Virus record (IMG/VR): IMGVR_UViG_3300048672_001051 | Span: 1 to 64,000 of that record | DNA: 64,000 nucleotides | Strand: one strand, 5' to 3' | The notes under the pieces: model-generated | What the model was told of the DNA's origin: nothing | The model's input: only the letters and a program-made list of their open reading frames with translations | Databases searched by the model: none | Part shown: positions 57,901 to 64,000 of the stretch, piece after piece | Layout of the letters: every line of letters starts with the position of its first letter | Position numbering within the stretch: position 1 is the stretch's first letter | Program-made: the position numbers and the translations under genes

Positions 57901-58439
57901 GTACGGTTGAGACTTTAGTCGCCACTAACTTGAAAGTATTTAATAGCTTAGCTATGGATCAAGGGACGACACTAACAGCTGGAGATTTTAGATGTTTATC
58001 TGTAAACCAACAAGATCAAACTCAAGTATCTTATTTTGCTGGTAATCTCGACTTAGCTAAAAACTTAGGAGTGGCTCAAAAAGTAGTTGTAGGTGTTAGT
58101 GTAGATATAGGCGACGGTTTAAGTTTAAAAGCTGGTTCTATAACTGGCGACAGCCTGGCAATAACCGCAGAAACAATGACAGTTGACAATATAACTGGCA
58201 GTAAGAATATTAACACACCAAGCTCACTGTTTGTGTCAGGTATTAACTCAGCTATTAACTTGGGGTCTCAGATTTCAAATAAAAAGTTCACTGAATTTGA
58301 TAATACAGTTACAAACGGCGTAGCAATTTTTAACGAACCTGTTATTGTCGACGAGCTTTTGTTCTCAAAACTAACTTACATAGGCGCGTTAAGTGACGGG
58401 TCTTTAGACATCGTGGCAAAAAGAGCTAGATACGCATAA
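54900..58439 (+). CDS. Long tail-fibre/spike-like protein with beta-helix-type repeats
   Basis: Many 6-residue L-x-V-x-G-x repeats in the C-terminal 500 aa; HDHS and FPQYLNREG motifs. Confidence 0.6.
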   Translation: MSNIFNHTAQPINSTTSPTEALALEVSEAFDSVSTIISKEGSVITDYKDIIGNIFLDQLQKHGAYSTTTQNFPVIANSKDFELNAVPDGVVLTVTYTESGNDTVLTRINASADFSDTMQYKLYGKVISTNLSEQTGVITIDYSGYAFNLNGVKVLSNCLKNTDNSFHRSPEETGTGTYRVIFDTDIENNLGDHLVNTNNPLFFFTTENYTYYNIIPVTNFTIDGATVNFTSADYSPTINSKVVVVVNNTTIFELVNHLYAEFVNHDHSNDKLSKGLTTTDLLDRHKDTAVIGYGDGLVPNYQFPQYLNREGYNSDLDSVYENAFLGTLFLGSIISETDQLYKSLGKNSYELVFGDPDIGPKIFYNYLNNGLTIEATAGYNGLTIETDELNPQLKLNSSEFTSKSGESLSVKPAAGLFKIEDVDVSTKSKLAVSLIDVLEAIQINSGVVEDRLDFGNIRLEVLNGNLTIGLIDNLIDSVLTLANKTHIVSGTFDNLKFTDNSELGLDSENYLGIVDDRLAIVNNRAVLFVGSSGDSGYELRKSSTAMPSFKLYNSSKVKEASTLADENTYIEIPKDQKLYLIANTTESHTVGGVTYEFNNDAASNNVNDLQDWFKASVVLGDLELDASTEDSKKGLKIGSTTISVIGDNLDCPAGLTLIESDSAVNIVQPMSGPSCTNLKYQDLATGSLTVNGLLLAQESLHVASDLTVGGSVSLVDVEVADTLKTASLVVEGGAEILTSLVVNGTVNIKNKALFENDLTVNANLKASAIETTGSVSIGAKLFVEDALYIRGDSIIDGTLQINAGITTAGELRGASIVSDTLDVQTGRVSRTLEVLGGATIGGALTAKSNAVVGGSLTVAGDIATTKDLTCEDLFTIGSISARGGLSVNGIASLVGNNITIGTDTSYTTLSGKVQFNTANLSFNGETKFLNTVNILGDTKTLGLFENSGGIVTQSSITATGNISTEGSLYVNTGVTTTTATINDSLVVNGNTTMQAMTLQTGTVETLVATNLKVFNSLAMDQGTTLTAGDFRCLSVNQQDQTQVSYFAGNLDLAKNLGVAQKVVVGVSVDIGDGLSLKAGSITGDSLAITAETMTVDNITGSKNINTPSSLFVSGINSAINLGSQISNKKFTEFDNTVTNGVAIFNEPVIVDELLFSKLTYIGALSDGSLDIVAKRARYA

Positions 58440-59728
58440 TGATAATCCAATATAACCTTCCAATTAAAAATACAGTTATCACTACTAAGGTGCGGCCAGC
58501 AATGGCCCGCGCCGAAGCGGATTTTTACTTAAATAAGAATTCAGAATGGCTTCTAGCAGACTGTGAACTTGTATCAAATAACTTAAATGCAACGCCATAT
58601 ATTTTCAGTAAAAAAACTTTTAAAAATAAAACTGTTGTGCAAACAAATACAACAGCACTACTACTAAGTAACATAGTTATCGAAGGTATACCATACTACT
58701 ATAAACTAGTTGCCACTGGAAATTACGACTTAAACTTTGTAAAAAGTGCTACAAACTGCTATGATATAGTTGAATTTGAAGGACAGTTTTATAGTAATTC
58801 CAAAATATTTTATAGATTCTCAAGTGACTCAGTCGTATATACTGACTATGTAATAAATCCGCAGGAGTGTAGTATAACTTATACTGCAAAATTTATAACA
58901 ATAGAAGCCCCTTATACAAATTGTAATGTAAAATTACCTGAAACTATTTTCGAACCTTTGGTAATTAGCGAATACTGCGTATCTTTACCGAACTTCTACC
59001 TTACTGACACAACAACTAATAAATTGCTAAGATTTATAAGAGAGGAATCAATTCACGATTTTTACGAAGTAGTGGGTAACTCAGGTATGGACTATCAAGC
59101 GTGTAAAAAAATATTTCAGTCAGGCTTCTATAAATACAGTGCCTGCCTAAACAGACTTATTAACGAAGGTGGTGGTACTATATATAGCTCTGGTGTAGAC
59201 CAATATATATACTATACAGCACTAACTACAAGTCATGATTACATATTTGATGATGAACTGTTAATAAAATTTACACCAACTGGACTTGAAGTTAACCCGA
59301 ATAATTTTGATTTAAAAATACGACTAAAAGTAGATATAAATAAAGTAGACATCACAATAAACAATCACAAGCCTTTAAATAGAGTCTATAATTACAAGTC
59401 AAGTAACATAGTAAACAGATTGGTAAATACTGGTGTTGGAGTCAATACAGGCTTAAAAACAGTACGTGACTTAAATCTTGAGCGACATCCAAATAGATAT
59501 AATTATATCGACAATCTGTATATAACTACAAACGACGTAGTGTTAAATGAAAGTCTTAGATATAAGTACGCAACCTATAAACAACAAGTATCACACCACG
59601 TTATAGACGATATAGGTAAAGACTCTGCAGACGGTCCTCCAGTTTATCCGAGCAACAATGGATACACTAGAATAGCCTCAGAGCGATATAATGTATACAG
59701 AGAGATAAACTACAATGGGCAGTACTAA
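58439..59728 (+). CDS. Hypothetical protein
   Basis: TAATG coupling; 429 aa. Confidence 0.55.
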   Translation: MIIQYNLPIKNTVITTKVRPAMARAEADFYLNKNSEWLLADCELVSNNLNATPYIFSKKTFKNKTVVQTNTTALLLSNIVIEGIPYYYKLVATGNYDLNFVKSATNCYDIVEFEGQFYSNSKIFYRFSSDSVVYTDYVINPQECSITYTAKFITIEAPYTNCNVKLPETIFEPLVISEYCVSLPNFYLTDTTTNKLLRFIREESIHDFYEVVGNSGMDYQACKKIFQSGFYKYSACLNRLINEGGGTIYSSGVDQYIYYTALTTSHDYIFDDELLIKFTPTGLEVNPNNFDLKIRLKVDINKVDITINNHKPLNRVYNYKSSNIVNRLVNTGVGVNTGLKTVRDLNLERHPNRYNYIDNLYITTNDVVLNESLRYKYATYKQQVSHHVIDDIGKDSADGPPVYPSNNGYTRIASERYNVYREINYNGQY

Positions 59729-60857
59729 AATTGCAGAGTACTTAGAAAACTACAGAGACTATATAATTGCAAAGACAACTCTACTAGAGTATATAGATGA
59801 GTCTAGTTCAGCGGGCGATCTTGCCGTGATATATAAGCACGCAGATAATTTGTTAGAAGAGTTGTTGGCTAGTTCAAATTATGTTACGGAGTTTACTTAC
59901 CAATCGCTTTTAGGTCTCAAAGAGATTTATGAGAATTTGGAATCTAAGATAAGTTATATAGAAAACAGCTTAAGTAATTTCTTAAATATAAACACTAGTG
60001 AATATTCTTTAAACCGTATAAATGGATTTAAAAATTTATTAGGTAGTGGTATAAAATATTATAATAAATTATTTAAAGGTTACTCGCTACAGCAAGGTAG
60101 CTCAAACTATAAGATAAATCCAGTGACAGTTAAGAGTAGCGGAAACATACGCATAGAAACATACATACTTCCAAAATCTACAGTAGCCGTAGGCTATGAT
60201 CTAACAACAAATCACACATCAACTTCATTCCAAGAAATATCTTTTGTAAACAAACGTAATGAAGTTTTAAGTAAAAGTGAACTTATGTCAGACGTAATTC
60301 CAGCTAACACTGATAAGATAGTAGTGTTGTCAGTTGATCATAACGATTTTGTTAATTTTACAAAATTAACTATCCTCGAGAACAACTACAGTCGTGATGC
60401 AATTATTGTCCAGCCTGCTGTAACATTGCCAGTTGGTAATTTATTACGGTTACACGTCGAAGGATCGACACCAATAGGTTGCTATGCTACGGCTATACTA
60501 GATATTCAACTTGTAGGCGATGACGGCGTAGTGCTAGCTGCAGGCTCAGCAAACATAGGGTTACTTGGCGATGGGTTAACATTAATCTCAGGGCTTGAGT
60601 CTAGAGACACAAAACATGGTGTTATTAGGAATTTAAATAAAGATAGCATCACAAAATTAGACACAGCTGATAACAAGTATTGTTTGACACAAAGTTATGC
60701 TGAAGGTGCTCTAAAGTACCTTGGAAATAATTGTATAGAGCTTCCTAAAATAAAAGCAAAGTATGTTAAAGTCACTACAACATTGATACTTAATAGTTTA
60801 AGTGCAAATAAAACACCGGTAATAAAAAGTTTAATAGGTTACATAACTGATGAATAA
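59715..60857 (+). CDS. Hypothetical structural protein
   Basis: Helical N-terminus, beta-rich C-terminus ending TPVIKSL. Confidence 0.55.
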   Translation: MGSTKIAEYLENYRDYIIAKTTLLEYIDESSSAGDLAVIYKHADNLLEELLASSNYVTEFTYQSLLGLKEIYENLESKISYIENSLSNFLNINTSEYSLNRINGFKNLLGSGIKYYNKLFKGYSLQQGSSNYKINPVTVKSSGNIRIETYILPKSTVAVGYDLTTNHTSTSFQEISFVNKRNEVLSKSELMSDVIPANTDKIVVLSVDHNDFVNFTKLTILENNYSRDAIIVQPAVTLPVGNLLRLHVEGSTPIGCYATAILDIQLVGDDGVVLAAGSANIGLLGDGLTLISGLESRDTKHGVIRNLNKDSITKLDTADNKYCLTQSYAEGALKYLGNNCIELPKIKAKYVKVTTTLILNSLSANKTPVIKSLIGYITDE

Positions 60858-62787
60858 AAAAATAACTAACGCAGCCGTTGAAAATCTGACTAAAAAAATA
60901 AATCTATCTTTGGAAGATCTGGCTAAAACTAATATTGACTTTATAAAAAGTCTACCAGTAGAACTAAATAAACTGGCTATCATAACAGATAAGCTTGCAA
61001 ATATGACTTTAATAGGTGGGCAGTGTTACTACAACTACAGCCTAGACAAGAGCTCGACAATTAGCAGCTACAACATAGACTATAGAAATAATTTAACTTT
61101 AAGCTTACAACCAACTAATGAAAAAAGGATAACACTTAAAGAAAATATTAGTAGAGTCTTGTCCACAAAAAGATATATACTAACAGACTCTGATGAAGAA
61201 TTAAGATCATTTAATGATTTAGTAGTTAGAGATATCCCAGTAATTTTTAAAACTACAGAAAATACTTATAAGTATATATTTGAACTTAAAAATGACTCGC
61301 GTAACGAGTTTAATAAAATTTCGGTAAAGCTTTCTAAAGACACAGAGTCTTATCCAACAATTTCAGAAATATACTATATAAACGAAAATAAAGATAAGAT
61401 ACAGGTGAAGATGATAAACTATGGAGCTTTTATAGTAGATTTAGACACGGTTAGGGAGAAAGACAATACCTATAATTTGGTATTAGAGGACATAACTTCA
61501 GATAATATTTATATAGTGTTAGAGGACAATAAGAAAAACTTAGGCCTGGACAGTATAAAAATATATCACACGAAGTATGATAGTGTTGGAGGTTTTGTTT
61601 GTAAATTTCCTTCGCAAACAAAACCTATATTGAAAGTTGGTTTAGATTATAGCGGAGCATTAGAGGGTGTTAAAACTTACGTATCAAATGATAACAAAAA
61701 TTGGTATCCAATACTTGTGAGTAACAGCTACTCAATTAGCACTATTCCAAAAGTTGTAAGTTTTAATACAATAGAAGTTTCAAGTATTACGACAAATACA
61801 GACGTAAAAGATTTATACTTGAAAGTGGAGTTGAGTCCAGTAGAGATTCCTAGCACAAAAGCTAAAACTTTAAATAAGGGTACTTACAATACAGGTAACT
61901 TTGCTGTGCAAGTCACAGACTACTCAAGCTACTCTGTATACAGTACAGTTGACAGTTATTATTATGGCCGATTAAGTGAAACCACAACAAATAATTTAAC
62001 ATGGTTTTTTGATGCAGGCGTTAACTACGTAAAAATAGATAATATTTATTACGTAAAAGGATTTGAAGACAGTGTTTATAGTAAAACCCTAAAATCACAA
62101 ATTGATCAGAAAAGAGTTATCAGTAGTTGCCAACCTAAAAGAGTAACATCTAAAGTAGTTGATGTTGACACTATAGACATAACTACCGCAGATTTATATG
62201 GATTCTCTATAGTATCAGTCGAAGAGACACCTATACAGCAAAATTCAAATATAGTTATACCTCTAAAGGAAGAAATTCCTAAAGGTAAGTATTACATAGT
62301 TCAGGGTACTACTAAAATAGAGTGTGACCTGAGACTCGGATATATAACTAGTGCTATAGCCGTACTATTTAAAGTATCTGATAATAAAAAAGTTTGGCTA
62401 GAAGACAGCTTAAGTAATGTAGTAAAAGTTTTGACACCAGATGAATTCGGTTTTGTTAGCCTTTTAACTGAAGATATGTTTGTATTAAGTTACGATGTAG
62501 ATAAGTACTGGCCAGCGCTAGAGCAAACTAAACCTTACACCCTGTTAGATAGTAATTTAAAAACTAACTCACAAAATAAAGTTTTGCAATATAAAGTAAT
62601 TAAAACTTCCATATACAATGAAAAACATATTAGCAACTTAAATAAAAATTATTTAAGTATTAAATATTTAAAAAATTGGAAAGAAACTTTTAAAGTTGTT
62701 GATGAAACCCTACCTGTAGGTATTAAACAATTTAAATTAAAAGATTGTGGAGTAATAAAAGGAAGTTTGGAGATAATAAATGATTGA
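60850..62787 (+). CDS. Hypothetical structural protein
   Basis: 645 aa; YVSNDNKNWY beta-sandwich-type motif. Confidence 0.55.
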   Translation: MNKKITNAAVENLTKKINLSLEDLAKTNIDFIKSLPVELNKLAIITDKLANMTLIGGQCYYNYSLDKSSTISSYNIDYRNNLTLSLQPTNEKRITLKENISRVLSTKRYILTDSDEELRSFNDLVVRDIPVIFKTTENTYKYIFELKNDSRNEFNKISVKLSKDTESYPTISEIYYINENKDKIQVKMINYGAFIVDLDTVREKDNTYNLVLEDITSDNIYIVLEDNKKNLGLDSIKIYHTKYDSVGGFVCKFPSQTKPILKVGLDYSGALEGVKTYVSNDNKNWYPILVSNSYSISTIPKVVSFNTIEVSSITTNTDVKDLYLKVELSPVEIPSTKAKTLNKGTYNTGNFAVQVTDYSSYSVYSTVDSYYYGRLSETTTNNLTWFFDAGVNYVKIDNIYYVKGFEDSVYSKTLKSQIDQKRVISSCQPKRVTSKVVDVDTIDITTADLYGFSIVSVEETPIQQNSNIVIPLKEEIPKGKYYIVQGTTKIECDLRLGYITSAIAVLFKVSDNKKVWLEDSLSNVVKVLTPDEFGFVSLLTEDMFVLSYDVDKYWPALEQTKPYTLLDSNLKTNSQNKVLQYKVIKTSIYNEKHISNLNKNYLSIKYLKNWKETFKVVDETLPVGIKQFKLKDCGVIKGSLEIIND

Positions 62788-63358
62788 AGTTCAATTTGTA
62801 GATGGATTAACAGAGTTTTATAATTACGAAACTAAAACAATTCAAATAGAAATACCAGACACCTCTGAGGTTTATTTATTTGAAGTTAATTTAGATGAAT
62901 CAGAAATTGATCCAACAACATTAACATTTATAAACAACACAAACATAGATTTGAGCGAATTGACATTAAGTTTAAATAATAAAAAGTTAGTGTTACAGTC
63001 TTCGACAAGTATAGCTGGTGTTAAGTTATTGATAAGTTATACTTATCTTAATCGAACACCAGATTTTCTATACAGTGTAGACTACATAGAGGGTATTTTA
63101 TATTTTTCAAAAGAACAGACAAAAAGTATAGATATAAAATACACAACTGACCAATTATTACTTGAAGGCAAGTCTGCAGAGCAATTGAAAGAAGGTTCTG
63201 ATTACAACTTTGTTAATAACATAGTAGATATAAAAAACTATGATAATTCAAATATTAGTTTTGTATATGATAACAAACTAAATATATCTAAAAAAATTAG
63301 TCCAATTCTTTCAGATGTAAAATTAAATATAATACTAAAGGATGACTTAAGCCTATGA
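62780..63358 (+). CDS. Hypothetical structural protein
   Basis: YSVDYIEGILYF motif; overlapping start/stop. Confidence 0.55.
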   Translation: MIEVQFVDGLTEFYNYETKTIQIEIPDTSEVYLFEVNLDESEIDPTTLTFINNTNIDLSELTLSLNNKKLVLQSSTSIAGVKLLISYTYLNRTPDFLYSVDYIEGILYFSKEQTKSIDIKYTTDQLLLEGKSAEQLKEGSDYNFVNNIVDIKNYDNSNISFVYDNKLNISKKISPILSDVKLNIILKDDLSL

Positions 63359-64000
63359 GTAATTTACATGCCGAAACACTTTTTAAAAAAATAGTGTTAG
63401 ATGAAGATTTAAGTAGCACTGAATCGCTTTACATCAAAGCGATTCAGGCTTCACAAAATCACACAACAAGCATAACTGAACTTAAAAAATTTCTTTCACA
63501 AAAGCAGACAGATTTAAAAAATAAGATTAACAAACTTGACATAAATTTAAGAGCTAGTTTGTTAAGTAGTAAAAAATTCATTAATGAAGCATACGCATTA
63601 AATTTGCCATTAACTTCAAATTTATTTATAAATGAAGTTGTGGTTTTAAATGGAGTTCTAACTCCAAGCTTAGAGTTAAGCACTACAGAAAAAATTGATA
63701 TGGATTTTAAAAACTTCAATAGTGAATATGGTACTAAGTTTAAAATATCAAACAATAATATAGTTATTTCTAAGAATCAATCTGAACAATTTCAACAACT
63801 AAGTATTAATATCCCAAAAGATATTTATAGTGGATTTTTTTGTATCAAGTTTGAAACAGATCAATTACTAAGTATTCTTGATAAAAATAATGCTGAAATA
63901 GTTTCTAAAACATTTACGAATATTCTTAAAATACCGTTTGATAAAGATACTATTAAACTAAAATTAAGATTTTTTGATAACAATCAAAGAGTAATTAAAA
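63355..64000 (+). CDS. Hypothetical protein, 3'-truncated, absent from the ORF track
   Basis: ATGA overlap; frame MSNLHAETLFKKIVLDED... stays open to the window end. Confidence 0.7.
   Translation, partial: MSNLHAETLFKKIVLDEDLSSTESLYIKAIQASQNHTTSITELKKFLSQKQTDLKNKINKLDINLRASLLSSKKFINEAYALNLPLTSNLFINEVVVLNGVLTPSLELSTTEKIDMDFKNFNSEYGTKFKISNNNIVISKNQSEQFQQLSINIPKDIYSGFFCIKFETDQLLSILDKNNAEIVSKTFTNILKIPFDKDTIKLKLRFFDNNQRVIK

Larger units (their letters stand above)
1..64000 (+). mobile_element. Large myovirus-type bacteriophage, structural/morphogenesis gene cluster (continues past both window edges)
   Basis: Co-oriented terminase, portal, protease, capsid, sheath, tube, baseplate and lysin genes. 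No host housekeeping genes, integrase or att site seen. Confidence 0.95.

Noticed and set aside
56033-57925. Long minus-strand ORFs (e.g. 56681-57589, 302 aa) and other antisense ORFs in the track
   Set aside because: They shadow + strand genes with biased codons and show no recognisable motifs; the region is uniformly + strand.
1-64000. Stop-codon reassignment, CRISPR arrays, tRNA/rRNA genes, conserved late-promoter motif
   Set aside because: Genes are full-length in the standard code and end in TAA, TAG and TGA; intergenic gaps are too short for arrays or RNA genes; I could not find a convincing shared promoter motif by eye.
62500-64000. Lower GC at the right edge as a foreign insertion
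   Set aside because: The drop is modest and gradual, gene coupling continues, and the proteins are Lys/Asn/Ile-rich; not supportable without computation.

Overview
The whole window is the virion-morphogenesis region of a large, AT-rich, contractile-tailed dsDNA phage (myovirus, probably jumbo-sized). About 49 genes are all on the + strand, tightly packed and often translationally coupled, in the standard genetic code. Order: two fibre/adhesin genes (the first clearly more GC-rich), an M15 endolysin, a GH24-like protein lacking catalytic residues, a Cys-rich gene with two back-to-back inteins, a TnsA/gp4-like nuclease, a DEDDh exonuclease with a hydrophobic tail, intein-containing TerL, portal, protease/scaffold, major capsid, neck, sheath, three tube paralogues, chaperones, two giant proteins, a multi-enzyme baseplate hub, and baseplate/fibre genes. 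Best leads: (1) a 1830-aa protein in the tape-measure slot with two-barrel RNA polymerase motifs (DG, K..K, RxP, DFDFD) and hydrophobic ends, a candidate injected single-chain virion RNAP; (2) two inteins in direct tandem at one site, the second with a GIY-YIG-like core; (3) a recurrent I-x-D motif suggesting an Asp-specific head-maturation protease; (4) a hub protein fusing lytic transglycosylase, thermonuclease and M23 peptidase. All calls come from reading motifs and synteny by eye; no database search was run.
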